A DNA stretch of 62,450 nucleotides, counting the filler, from Stramenopiles sp. TOSAG23-3 (taxonomy: Eukaryota), in NCBI GenBank assembly GCA_900128585.1. It is 8 parts of 8 records of this genome, joined end to end, with 100 filler letters (N's around TTAATTAATTAA, not from the genome) between each part and the next. Parts side by side here need not be neighbours in the genome. Positions count along the whole stretch, not along the records: positions 34,312 to 45,614 come from LT642746.1; positions 45,715 to 56,977 come from LT642748.1; 6 more parts are not named here. One strand, 5' to 3'. The position numbers were made by a program, and so were the translations under genes. Under the pieces are notes generated by a model. The model saw nothing but the letters and a program-made list of their open reading frames with translations. It was not told where the DNA came from and did not search any database. Of this stretch, positions 43,592 through 54,041 are shown piece after piece (the first letter of the stretch is position 1; every line of letters starts with the position of its first letter).

Positions 43592-45538
43592 TCAATGGTG
43601 CTGCTTCTTCGAAAAACGGTTGAAGTCTGAAAATCCCAGGGGGGCAAACGATTCTTTCTTCTTCGAGTTCGGCGAGTGAAAGTCTTTGAAAGTCGGGATT
43701 TCCGGGACAAAAAACTTGCTGGCATTAAAGTCACCGTCGTTCAAGCCCTCGTCGTCCCTTCGCGTTGATCGGAAGCGATCGGGCCCGTCTTGCTCCTTCT
43801 TCTCGTCCTCGTGCATTCGGCCGCTGTTGCGGCTTTTGTTCTTGCTGCTGCTCCTATGGTCGTCGTTGCGCGAGCGCCGACTTTCGCCCTTCTTGCTGCG
43901 GCGCGAGCCTCCGCCGTTCCCGTACTTGCTGCTCTTCTTCGAGTAGCCCCCCCCTCCATCCCGGGGCGACCGGTCCCTTCGGGAGCGACTGTCGTGGTGG
44001 TAATCGTCCCCTTGCCTCGAGTCGCCCCCGCGCCTCCTTCCCGCCCCCCGGGAGTCGTAACTGTCCTCGTGGTCGTTGTAGCCCCCGCGCCCCCTGTCGT
44101 CGTACCCGTCGTCGTCGTAGTCGTGGTGCCCCCCGCGGCGGCCGCCGTTGCTGCGGTGCTTCTTCTCTTCGTCCCGCCTCCTACGCTCCTTGCGGCGCTC
44201 CTCGCGCTCGCGGTCCTTTCGGGACTGCCGGCTGTCGACGCGGCTTGGCTTCATTTTTGAGTTCGAAACCTTCATCAGGCGCTGCTTCCCCGAGTTCGAT
44301 CCCAACGGGGGGGTAATCGGGGGGGAAACCCCGTTTCGCCGGCCCGGGTAGTTCTGTTGGCGCGCGATGCGGCTCGGCTTCATCTGCGTCTGCCCAAACT
44401 TGTGTGACTGCACGTTGGACAGCGTGACTTTGGGTTTGGACTTGGAGGGTTGTTGTTGGTGGTGGTCCGCCCTGGAATTGGAGCGAATCGAGAGGTTCGG
44501 CGACGGCGGCGGGCTCGACCGGTCGCTCCCACGGTCGTGGTCCCGCCGGCTGCTGCGGCCTTCCCGGTGGTGGTCGCGGTGGTCCTTGTGCCGGCTGCTG
44601 CGGCCGTAGCTGCGGGACGAGTCCCGGTCGTCGTCGTCGTCCCGGTACCGCCCGCCGCCTCGCCTGGAGTCCCTCGAGTGCCGGTCCCTCGAGTCCCGGT
44701 CGTCGTCGCGGTACCTGCCCCGGTCCTCCCGACCATGCCGGCGGGAGTCCCGGTCGTCGTCGCGGTAGCGGTCCCCGCCCCGCCGGCGGGAGTCCCGGTC
44801 CCCCCCGTTGCTCCCCCGGGACCCGGTCCGAGAGTCGCCGCGGCGCCCCCCCCGGTCGTACCGCCCGTTGTCCGAGTCCTTGTCGTCGTCCCGGCGGTAC
44901 CGGCTCGACGGTCGGCTGTCCCGGCCGTGTCGGTCGCTCTTGCCGCTGTGTATGCGGTCTTGCTTGTCGTACTCCTCTTTCAGCCCGTGGAAGAAGGCGT
45001 TCTCCAGGCACTCCGCTGCGGTGGGGCGGTCCTTTGGGTCCCTCTTGACGAACAGGCTCATCATGCTGTAGGCCCGCTTGGTCAGCTTGCCGACGTACTT
45101 TCGCTGCAGCGTTTCCGGGCGCGTCATGTCCGGGAACTTGAGCCCCAAAAATCGCGGGTTCCGAAGGAACATTTCCATCTGGTCGGACGTCAAGGGCCCG
45201 AGGACCTTCTGGATGATGTACAGCTGGTCGATCTCGCTCTCCCCTGGGAACATCGGCTGCCCGTCGATCAGCTCGCCCATGATGCACCCGACGGCCCACA
45301 TGTCGACCGTCTTGTCGTAGTTGGTCGAGCCGAGCAGGAGCTCGGGCGCACGGTACCAGCGGGTGGCGACGTAGTCGGTGAGCTGCTGGCCCGGGTGGGT
45401 GATCGTCCGCGCGAAGCCAAAGTCACACAGCTTTAGGGTGTGGTCGGGGTTGACGAGCAAGTTCTCCGGCTTGATGTCGCGGTGAATAACGTTGTTCTGG
45501 TGGCAAAAGTTGATCGCCCGGCAGAGCTGGTAAATGTA
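43592..45538 (-). CDS. CDKL-family (CDKL5/LF5-like) Ser/Thr kinase, N-lobe missing, long R/D/S/G low-complexity tail
   Basis: YIYQL, IHRDIKPENLL, KLCDFGFAR, LTDYVATRWYRAPELLLG, FPGESEIDQLYIIQKVLGPL, NPRFLGLKFP. Confidence 0.92.
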   Translation of the reverse strand, partial: YIYQLCRAINFCHQNNVIHRDIKPENLLVNPDHTLKLCDFGFARTITHPGQQLTDYVATRWYRAPELLLGSTNYDKTVDMWAVGCIMGELIDGQPMFPGESEIDQLYIIQKVLGPLTSDQMEMFLRNPRFLGLKFPDMTRPETLQRKYVGKLTKRAYSMMSLFVKRDPKDRPTAAECLENAFFHGLKEEYDKQDRIHSGKSDRHGRDSRPSSRYRRDDDKDSDNGRYDRGGRRGDSRTGSRGSNGGDRDSRRRGGDRYRDDDRDSRRHGREDRGRYRDDDRDSRDRHSRDSRRGGGRYRDDDDDRDSSRSYGRSSRHKDHRDHHREGRSSRRDHDRGSDRSSPPPSPNLSIRSNSRADHHQQQPSKSKPKVTLSNVQSHKFGQTQMKPSRIARQQNYPGRRNGVSPPITPPLGSNSGKQRLMKVSNSKMKPSRVDSRQSRKDREREERRKERRRRDEEKKHRSNGGRRGGHHDYDDDGYDDRGRGGYNDHEDSYDSRGAGRRRGGDSRQGDDYHHDSRSRRDRSPRDGGGGYSKKSSKYGNGGGSRRSKKGESRRSRNDDHRSSSKNKSRNSGRMHEDEKKEQDGPDRFRSTRRDDEGLNDGDFNASKFFVPEIPTFKDFHSPNSKKKESFAPLGFSDFNRFSKKQHH

Positions 45539-46326
45539 CCTACCATACACTTTGTTGAGAGAACAAAAGAAACCATTGTGAAATATGACGAAGATGACGA
45601 TGAAAAATATATGANNNNNNNNNNNNNNNNNNNNNNNNNNNNNNNNNNNNNNNNNNNNTTAATTAATTAANNNNNNNNNNNNNNNNNNNNNNNNNNNNNN
45701 NNNNNNNNNNNNNNAGTTGGGGGTCTGTGTTGGGGGGTCTGTGTGGAGAGAGGAGGGGGCGAAAGAAACCAGAAGTCATTCCTGGCTATACGTAGAGTAG
45801 TAGGGAATAAGTTTCATGTTTCCTATTAATAAAACAATTAAGAATAAAGATAATAAGTACAAAATTATTCTATTCATGAACAAGTATGTATACAAAGAGT
45901 TATAGATGTGTGAAACCAAGTACATCACTTTTATATTGATTTATAAGATTGGCAAGAAAACATAGAATAATTGGAAATATTGTACTTGTCACTAATACTG
46001 TCACTACTACAACTATAGAATTGAACAACTTATTTATAATTATAACAACATCTTCTGATGATTAAATAAATACAAAAAGGAACAGATGGAACAGAACAGT
46101 ACAGTACAGTACAGTATGGTCAACACAATTATTATTTAATTAATTAATAATTAATTGTATCACAGAGGACGACGGAGGGACGGGGACGTCTTAAATAAAC
46201 ACGGGATGGGGACATGCATTTCGTACCTAGGCATTCGTCCCAACGGTCCCGGAAAAGAGTTTAGGGTTAGGATTTCGGGGCAGTCGTTTCAGAGAGGGGA
46301 TCAAACATACGAATACCCCCCCCCCC

Positions 46327-48021
46327 ATGGGTAAGCACAATTCTTTTTCGCCCAGCCCACGGGCAATAGTTTTTAGTCTATGTTTTCTTCAGGTCCTGTC
46401 GCTGTTCGGGACGGACGCGACTGGTGTAATCAGAGGCCTTGTCAGTAGTAGGCAGAGCCCAGGGAGCTTGGAACCCGAACCCGCTGTTGAGCCCGAACCC
46501 GCTGTTGAGCCCGAACCTGCTGTGTTATCGCCTTCATGCCCCCAGAGATGTACGTCAGAGTGCAACGAGAAGTGGTGGTCACTGACGCATTGCTTCGATG
46601 TAAAATGGGGGTGTTTTCAGGGTTGTACTAAAGCGTGCAAAGCAGCTGGTGGGAGTTGTTTGGGCTTTTGCGACGGGCAGCAAGACTGGTCGCGTTGCAA
46701 CAAGGAATCGTGCAAGCTCGGGTGCCAGCTGGGGTCAGGATTTAACTTTAGGTTTGACAGCGACAGCCCAGAAAATACTACCGTGGACAACTGCACGGTC
46801 AGCGAGGTGGAGTGTTTGAATGGTGGCAAGGCGGTAGGGAACTCCCCTGACTGTAGTTGCACTTGCCCAGCCGGTTTCTCCGGAGAAAAGTGCGAAGCGA
46901 GCGACGGGTGCGGTGAGACGGACATCGAGTGCGCCAATGGCGGGTCCGTTTCCGGAACGAGACCAGATTGTACTTGCACCTGTATGCCGGGATTTGCTGG
47001 GAAGAAATGCGAGGCTTTAGTAGAGTGCGAGGCAGGCCCCGGCAGCACCGCCTGTGAGAATGGTGGAAAACCTGCCGGGTCTGCGCCCAAATGCACGTGC
47101 GAATGCGCGAAAGGGTACTCTGGTCCACACTGCGCCACAAAAGATCAATGCCAAACCGGACCAGAAGGAAAGCCTTGCTCAAACGGAGGAACGGCCAAGG
47201 GGACTACTGGCACATGCAAGTGCGAATGCGCGAAAGGGTACTCGGGATCTCACTGCGAGACGGCGGAGGCGTGCACGGAAGGTGCGAATGCCAAAGCGTG
47301 CCAAAACGGGGGGACAGCGGCTGGCAAGCAAGGTTCGTGTTCCTGTAAGTGCGCGAAAGGTTTCACAGGCGAACACTGCGAAGAGGACGCAAAGTGTACT
47401 GGGGGTTTAAACGGCAACCCATGCGAAAACAATGGGACGCCAGAGGGCGCTGTGGGAAACTGCAAGTGTAAGTGTCCCAAAGGCTTTATAGGATCAAACT
47501 GTGAACTCCCAGAGCGGTGCAAGCTGGGCCCGGGTGGAAAGAAATGTTTGAACAGAGGCATGCCCACGGGAACGGGTACGGAATGCTCCTGCAACTGCGG
47601 TGAAATTCGTTTTAAAGGATCGCTATGCGAGATTCCAATTCCTTGCGAAACTGGCGGGGACGGTAAAATATGCCAGAATGGTGGGAAGCCAGTAGGCGCC
47701 GGAAAATTAGACTCGTGTTCTTGTAAGTGTGCAGAGGGCTTCACTGGTGAGCACTGCGAGTCGGCTGGAAAATGCGTAAAAGGACCCGACGAGAAGCCAT
47801 GTGAAAATGGTGGGGCCCCCACTGGCACGCATGGATCTTGCACGTGCAACTGTAAAGTAGGCACAAGCGGCGAGCATTGTGAAAATTTGCTTGAATGTAA
47901 AGTTGGATACAACGGTAAGCCGTGTCAAAACGGAGGGACGGCAGCGGGAAAAACAGGAGATTGTAAATGTGAATGCACCAGTGAGTTTTTTGGAATTAAT
48001 TGCGAGAATAAAAAGAAGTAG
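46327..48021 (+). CDS. Secreted EGF-like repeat protein (about 10 EGF-like units)
   Basis: Signal peptide, (EPEPAV)n, repeated CxNGGxxxGxxxxCxCxCxxGFxGxxCE. Confidence 0.9.
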   Translation: MGKHNSFSPSPRAIVFSLCFLQVLSLFGTDATGVIRGLVSSRQSPGSLEPEPAVEPEPAVEPEPAVLSPSCPQRCTSECNEKWWSLTHCFDVKWGCFQGCTKACKAAGGSCLGFCDGQQDWSRCNKESCKLGCQLGSGFNFRFDSDSPENTTVDNCTVSEVECLNGGKAVGNSPDCSCTCPAGFSGEKCEASDGCGETDIECANGGSVSGTRPDCTCTCMPGFAGKKCEALVECEAGPGSTACENGGKPAGSAPKCTCECAKGYSGPHCATKDQCQTGPEGKPCSNGGTAKGTTGTCKCECAKGYSGSHCETAEACTEGANAKACQNGGTAAGKQGSCSCKCAKGFTGEHCEEDAKCTGGLNGNPCENNGTPEGAVGNCKCKCPKGFIGSNCELPERCKLGPGGKKCLNRGMPTGTGTECSCNCGEIRFKGSLCEIPIPCETGGDGKICQNGGKPVGAGKLDSCSCKCAEGFTGEHCESAGKCVKGPDEKPCENGGAPTGTHGSCTCNCKVGTSGEHCENLLECKVGYNGKPCQNGGTAAGKTGDCKCECTSEFFGINCENKKK

Positions 48022-49052
48022 TAACAATACGAGAAGTGGTATCATAGGCGCTCCTCAACACGCCTGTTAAAAATTAAGATTATCTCGGTAAAACATGCCA
48101 TACATTTTACGCTCCTAGGACAATTTGTCAATATGACAATTCCCTGACATGACATGCCAACGAGCACCGAATAAGTTCGTATTTTATATAATTATATTTT
48201 TTTACTTTTTTTTAAAAACAAGAAAGTTTGTTACCCTATCATCCTATCAAATTTCACTAGAATACACATTAGTATAAATATATTCATAATAGAGTTATGT
48301 TATAGGGTTATGTAAATTAGAACTGAACGTTGGTTTTAGTTTTAGTTTTTGGGTGTGTTGTGTTCTGTTCTTGTTCTTGTTGTTTTATTTATGTTCCTTG
48401 GTGTTATTTGTATGTATAATAAATAATGAGATGGGAGGGCAATGGGATGCAGTGTTAGGAAAGAAAGTTGGATTGAGACATAAATATTAATTAGCGCCTA
48501 TCTAAATGTGTAGTGTATAGTTTATATATATACCTTTGCATATATCATCATTCATCATCGACTTTTTATTATTCATTCTCTAAATATTTAATTCTATAGC
48601 GCACGTACCGTACATTCTTCACTACGCTACGACGCTACTATAATGTAATATTAAATTGTTGTTGTTTTCATTTTTCTTTTTTTTTCTTCTTCTTCTTCTC
48701 TTTTTTCTCTTCTTTCTCTCTCTCTCTCTCTCCTCCTCTTCTCTCTCTTCTTCTTGCTTCGTTCGCAATAATATTAATAATATAATAATAATAATAAGAA
48801 ATATTCTTTTACACTATTTTTATTGTGGGTGTGAGTGTTGGGTTTGTTGTTGTTAAATTGTTGCGATTCATCCCGTTCGAAGGAAAAGGTGGAAGCCAGA
48901 AAAAAAATAATATATGCGTGGAAAGATCTTTTAAAAATTCTCAAAGTGTTTTCCAAAAGAGCAGAAAGAGTACACCTTGGAATTACTCCACAAGATACGC
49001 AGCGAGGAAGATTGAAGCGACTCATTAGAAGTGCAGCGCGCAGTTTCAAGCA

Positions 49053-52000
49053 ATGGAAAATATTGCCCCGACAAACACTCCGAAAAAACGGTTGCCACTT
49101 GGGCAAAAACTTGGGCTGTCGTCTACCCCCCTATCTCAAATAGGGACCCCCAGAAGTTCTTCGAATGATGCCACTGATGCCGTCAAAGTGTTCGTTCGAA
49201 TAAGACCATACATTGAGCCCGAGGATGAAGACAACGGTTTCGGAGATGGCGGAAGGGAAAGCGTTGACTACGTTCACATCCACTCCCACGGCAACCAGAT
49301 CTCTCTTTCGAAGAAGAAATTTGCATTTGACAATGTTTATGATGCCTCTTCGTCTCAGGAGAACATATTTAGTGATGTAGGGAAACCAGTGGCCGACGCC
49401 GCTCTCCAAGGCTATAATGGGACGGTTTTTGCATACGGCCAAACAGGATCGGGCAAGACGCACACCATGATGGGCGCCCCGGAAGATCCAGGGCTAATCC
49501 CTCGCGTGATTCAGTACATGTTTCAGGAACTGAAGCGGAAGTATAGCGATGCCGACGGCATCAGTTTCAAGATTAGTGTGTCATACCTGGAAATTTACAA
49601 TGAGCGAGTTGTTGATTTGCTGGATGTGGAAGCAGGTACGAAGGATTTGCGTGAAAACACTAGAAAGAAGCAAGTGTACGTGGAGGGTTTAGTTGAGAAA
49701 GAAGTCTCGTGCCCCAAGGAAGCTGCCGAGTGGATGGCAGTCGGAAACAACAACCGCAAGGTCGGAAGTACAAAAATGAACAGCCAGTCTAGCCGTTCAC
49801 ATGCCGTGTTTACGCTCAACGTATCTATAGCATCAATGCAAAGCGGAGTGAGAGTCACGAACTGTTCAAAGGTTAACTTGGTTGATCTTGCGGGAAGCGA
49901 GCGCCAGGGAAAAACTAAGGCCACAGGGGAGCGCTTGAAGGAAGGCGCCAACATAAACAAAAGTTTGTCCGCGCTGGGCAACGTCATTAAATCCTTGGTC
50001 TCTGCCAAGAAATGGCACGTCGCCTACCGGAATAGCAAACTTACGTTTTTGCTCCGCGACAGTTTAGGAGGAAACTCTCAAACTTCAATCCTGGCAGCAG
50101 TTTCTCCAGAAATATCGAACGCTGCTGAGACTTTGTCTACTCTTGAATTTGTCCAAAGGGCAAAAAAGATAAAAAACAAAGTGATGAAAAACGAAGATAC
50201 GGCAGGAACCAACGAGAGCCTTCGCCACCAAGTTCGGTTGCTACAAATCAAACTAGATGCGGCCACAAAGATGAATGAAGAAGCAATGGCCAAGACGCAA
50301 GAGAACAGGGACGAGGAAGTCCTTGCACTACAAACAAAGTTGGAAGACGCGACCGAACGAGCAGTCGCTGCCGAAAGGCAGCTGGAAACCGTGACGCTAC
50401 ACCATGCTATGAACAAGCGAAGAGACAGTTCTTTGAGGGATTCGGTTGGTGGCTTCAGCCCTATCATGCCCCCGCTGAAAGAGCGATCAAGCGAAGAAGA
50501 GCTTTCTTGCAACGAGATAAAGATTGATTTTGGAAACGAACGGCGAACAACGTTGCAGCTAATGGAGGACAGTGTTCGCTTATCAACAGGTGATGTTGAT
50601 AAGATAAACTGGCGTCAATCGATCGAGTCCTTGAACATCCAAGCTCGAGAGTCCGTTGACGGGGTTGAAGCACCTTTATTAACGTTGCAGATACAAACCT
50701 TGCGACAGGAAGTCGAATCGCTTAATGTGGAACTAGAATGCGCGAAGAAACAAATAACTGATTTGCGAAATGTTCACGAGGAGGCCTGCGAACAAAATGC
50801 AATACTACTTCGTTCGAAAATGGAGCTGCAAACACATGTGGGCGACTTGGAGTTTCAGTTTAGGATTCATGAGCGTGCCAAGTTGAAGCGAAAAATACTC
50901 CCAGTGGATCCTGTATACGTACCCGAATACGCAAAAACAGAGATGGGGCTGCTTCGGGAAGAAAATAGAAACTTGTTAGGGGAACTTATGGCAGCGCGCC
51001 ATCGTGCACTGTCGTTTAAAGTGTTCAAAGACTTGGAGGCGTTGAACATAAAAAAGCATCTGAGAAAAATCTCGACATCCATGCAAAAGTTTACCGAAAA
51101 CGCCACGATTGAAAATGCCAAGAAGAGGAAGGCAGCCAAATGTTTGAAAGACTACGACGAAAGTATTGGGAACGAATTCGGAAACTGGACAATGTTGTCT
51201 GGAGGGGCGGCAGCGAAAGGCAAACGGCAAAACGTTTATTTCGTACCAAGTACATTTGCCTTTGATGGTAGCGTTGTTGGGGACGATTTGGATGACATTT
51301 CCAAGAAGGTTAAAAAGATTTCCGCTTACAATGTATTAGAACATTTGAAACAAGGATCAGGGGCTGTCGATTGGGATAAATTTATCTCAGCCGAAGGAAA
51401 AAGCGTGCGCGACTCGAAAAGCCGACTACGCAATGAGATTTTGGAAAGATGGCTAGTAGAGCACAGGCTTCAAACTTTTAGCAAAGCAATTTCAAAATGG
51501 GTAAAGAAAAAGAAGCAGGCAGGTGATGTGTCAGACGTATTGCTCATGAGTGAAAGCGATTTGAAAACAGTGGGAATATCTAAAGATGAAAAGGCACTGG
51601 GACGCTTCAATGCCGCGAAAGAATTGTTTGAAGCAACACTTCCTAAAGACGAAGCCAAAAGACACGAAAAGGACCCGGGAGACGTGACAGGAGCAGACAG
51701 AGTGTTAGAGCAGGAAATCAAGCTTACTCCAATACAGGCGCTGAAGAAGAAGTACGGCAAACGGAACACCGCGAAAAAGGCTGCAAACGCTGGCAACATC
51801 GAAGACCTTTTGGTCTTGATAGAGACTTCTGAATTACACGAAGGGCTGTACTGGTGTGCTCTGGAGGGGCATCTAGACATGGCCACTACCATTTACAATA
51901 AGCTAAAATTCAAATCTTCAACATTTGATATCGATTTGAGAAATGACGATGGCGACACTGCTTTTCATATGGCCTGTCGGAATGGCCATGCAGAATGTGC

Positions 52001-52424
52001 AGCGTTTTTGAAAGAGTGCGGTTCAAACATTAATACTACTGACAACGACAGCAGCAGGCCGATTATGGATGCTGCATACAACAATAATGTAGAAGTAGTA
52101 GAGTACCTCATCGGGCAAGGTGCCGTTTTGAAAGAAGTTGACAAAGATGGGATGAGTGCATTGGACTATGCCTACAAGAAGAAAAACAAACAATGCATTC
52201 GTTTGATTGATGAAGCGATTGGCGAGCCAGAAGCTCCAAAAACGGGCGGTAGACAGCGCCGCCGTCGCCTTGGATCTAGAAAACGTATAACATACCTTGA
52301 AGTTGCGGATGATGATGAGGGTGATGTTTGCCAAAAGGAGGACCCAGAGGATGATGATTTTGACCCCACTGTGGACGAAGATATTGCGAGCGACTCGGAT
52401 GAGGACGATTTATTTCTTTCTTAG
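49053..52424 (+). CDS. Kinesin (N-terminal motor, kinesin-12/KIF15-like) with coiled coil, SAM-like domain and ankyrin repeats
   Basis: VKVFVRIRP, GQTGSGKT, NSQSSRSH, LVDLAGSER, YRNSKLTFLLRDSLGGN; ankyrin GDTAFHMACRNGH..GSNIN, GMSALDYA. Confidence 0.93.
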   Translation: MENIAPTNTPKKRLPLGQKLGLSSTPLSQIGTPRSSSNDATDAVKVFVRIRPYIEPEDEDNGFGDGGRESVDYVHIHSHGNQISLSKKKFAFDNVYDASSSQENIFSDVGKPVADAALQGYNGTVFAYGQTGSGKTHTMMGAPEDPGLIPRVIQYMFQELKRKYSDADGISFKISVSYLEIYNERVVDLLDVEAGTKDLRENTRKKQVYVEGLVEKEVSCPKEAAEWMAVGNNNRKVGSTKMNSQSSRSHAVFTLNVSIASMQSGVRVTNCSKVNLVDLAGSERQGKTKATGERLKEGANINKSLSALGNVIKSLVSAKKWHVAYRNSKLTFLLRDSLGGNSQTSILAAVSPEISNAAETLSTLEFVQRAKKIKNKVMKNEDTAGTNESLRHQVRLLQIKLDAATKMNEEAMAKTQENRDEEVLALQTKLEDATERAVAAERQLETVTLHHAMNKRRDSSLRDSVGGFSPIMPPLKERSSEEELSCNEIKIDFGNERRTTLQLMEDSVRLSTGDVDKINWRQSIESLNIQARESVDGVEAPLLTLQIQTLRQEVESLNVELECAKKQITDLRNVHEEACEQNAILLRSKMELQTHVGDLEFQFRIHERAKLKRKILPVDPVYVPEYAKTEMGLLREENRNLLGELMAARHRALSFKVFKDLEALNIKKHLRKISTSMQKFTENATIENAKKRKAAKCLKDYDESIGNEFGNWTMLSGGAAAKGKRQNVYFVPSTFAFDGSVVGDDLDDISKKVKKISAYNVLEHLKQGSGAVDWDKFISAEGKSVRDSKSRLRNEILERWLVEHRLQTFSKAISKWVKKKKQAGDVSDVLLMSESDLKTVGISKDEKALGRFNAAKELFEATLPKDEAKRHEKDPGDVTGADRVLEQEIKLTPIQALKKKYGKRNTAKKAANAGNIEDLLVLIETSELHEGLYWCALEGHLDMATTIYNKLKFKSSTFDIDLRNDDGDTAFHMACRNGHAECAAFLKECGSNINTTDNDSSRPIMDAAYNNNVEVVEYLIGQGAVLKEVDKDGMSALDYAYKKKNKQCIRLIDEAIGEPEAPKTGGRQRRRRLGSRKRITYLEVADDDEGDVCQKEDPEDDDFDPTVDEDIASDSDEDDLFLS

Positions 52425-52578
52425 TTAACGTACGCACAATATACCAAAATTGTATTATTGTGCGTCCGTAGACATTAAATTTTAAAAACAAGAAAATTGG
52501 GCTATGATATGTGTTATATTTTAAGTAATTAAATTTAGCTTCCTCATACCGCCCTAATCCTTATTAAATTTATTAAAT

Positions 52579-52700
52579 TTTAAAAACAAAAAATTGGCTG
52601 TTATTGATAAGTAAATTAAAATTTAGCTTTCTCATGTGCCGCGAAAATGAATCTGCTCCTTTTGTCCATTTAAATAACAGCCAATTTTCTTGTTTTTAAA
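52579..52700. mobile_element. MITE-like element with 27/28-bp terminal inverted repeats; member of a dispersed family
   Basis: tttaaaaacaaaaaattggctgttatt (52579-52605) pairs with aataacagccaattttcttgtttttaaa (52673-52700). Related pieces lie at ~25430-25575, ~42100-42170, ~43463-43512, ~52480-52545 and ~53605-53650. Confidence 0.6.
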
Positions 52701-52946
52701 GGTTTATGTTCCCTTATATACCGGTGTATTCCATGCATGATCCGAATCGGTGTTTGGATTTGCGACGATGTCAAATGCCCCGAAGTGAACTTCTTCATCC
52801 GATGCCTCACTCATACATGAAACAACCCTTGTGTGATTTTCCAAGCAGCGGTATGAATGTTTTAGAGGTGCTCATTTTCTGTCTTGTAAATCAGTCAAGG
52901 AATTGTCATTTGTGGGTTGAGGAGCCGGCCACATATTTTTAATCTT

Positions 52947-53492
52947 TTATATGCTAGCATACATTTCTTCGTATTGATCTAATGAAAAAAACTCCTTCCC
53001 AAGGCCATCGTACGTGGTCAACAGCCCCTGCGCCATTCCCATACTTATCATGGATGCCCGTGTTATTCGCAGCCTTGCCGTTGTGTAGATGCTTATGATA
53101 CAAAACGAAGTAAATATGATAGACAGAGATTTGACCAGGGTGAACAGGAGAGGAAAAATTAATAGGAATTTGATCGATACCCTGATTTTCTTTAGACCAC
53201 TAGATACCCCAAGAAACACTTTCCTCTGCTTCCATAATTTTAAAAGCATATAAATAGTCGCCACAAGGTGGGATACATAAATGACAACGACACCGGCGAC
53301 AAACATTGCAAAGAACGCTTCTGTGCTTTGGGTTGGCAAAAAAGGCTCATTTATCCCAAGCCACTCGTCCAAACTATTTGTCCATGTATTGGTTGCGTTT
53401 ACTACACCATCCATGACCAGTTCAAAGGATATAAACCGCGATGAGAACAAGACATGCAATAATACTCTTTTCCTTTTCAAAATATTTTTCAA
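52947..53492 (-). CDS. Small multi-pass membrane hypothetical protein (start possibly MDGVV at ~53414)
   Basis: Two to three long hydrophobic segments; GC higher than the flanks. Confidence 0.5.
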   Translation of the reverse strand: MKNILKRKRVLLHVLFSSRFISFELVMDGVVNATNTWTNSLDEWLGINEPFLPTQSTEAFFAMFVAGVVVIYVSHLVATIYMLLKLWKQRKVFLGVSSGLKKIRVSIKFLLIFPLLFTLVKSLSIIFTSFCIISIYTTARLRITRASMISMGMAQGLLTTYDGLGKEFFSLDQYEEMYASI

Positions 53493-54041
53493 ACTTTATA
53501 ACGATGAACTATGGCAAGAAATGAAACATAATCAAAATCGAAATCAAAATGGGTTTGGTTTCAGAGAGTGTGTGAACAATTAAAATTATCGTTGTTATTA
53601 TATATTTTAAAAACAAAAAGTTGGCTGTTATTATTAACTAATTAAAATTCATGTTCCATTGGTACCGTACCTAGGTACAGGTATTTAAATACTATACTGC
53701 GAACTTGTTTTTTATATTTTTAATATCATCCTGATCAAAATTATCTCCATTCATCATCATCATCTCGTTAAATTAATATAACATAATATAAGAACAACAA
53801 CACAACAAAAATCTCATATTTTTTTTATTATAAAATTATTATTATTATTCTCTTTTTTATAAAATTACTTTTTCGTATTTATTAATTTTGTGTTGTGTCT
53901 ATGTTGTTGGGAAGGCTGGCCTTAAGGACTTCTTTGGATTATTATTATAATATAATAGTTGGGAAAACTTACTTTAGCATATTATATATATATAGACGAC
54001 TATTATTATTATGCTTAAATAAAAGAATCTGTTTTTTCTTT

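Noticed and set aside
43686-45436. Long overlapping ORFs on both strands within the CDKL gene
   Set aside because: Expected from high GC and low complexity; no recognisable motifs.
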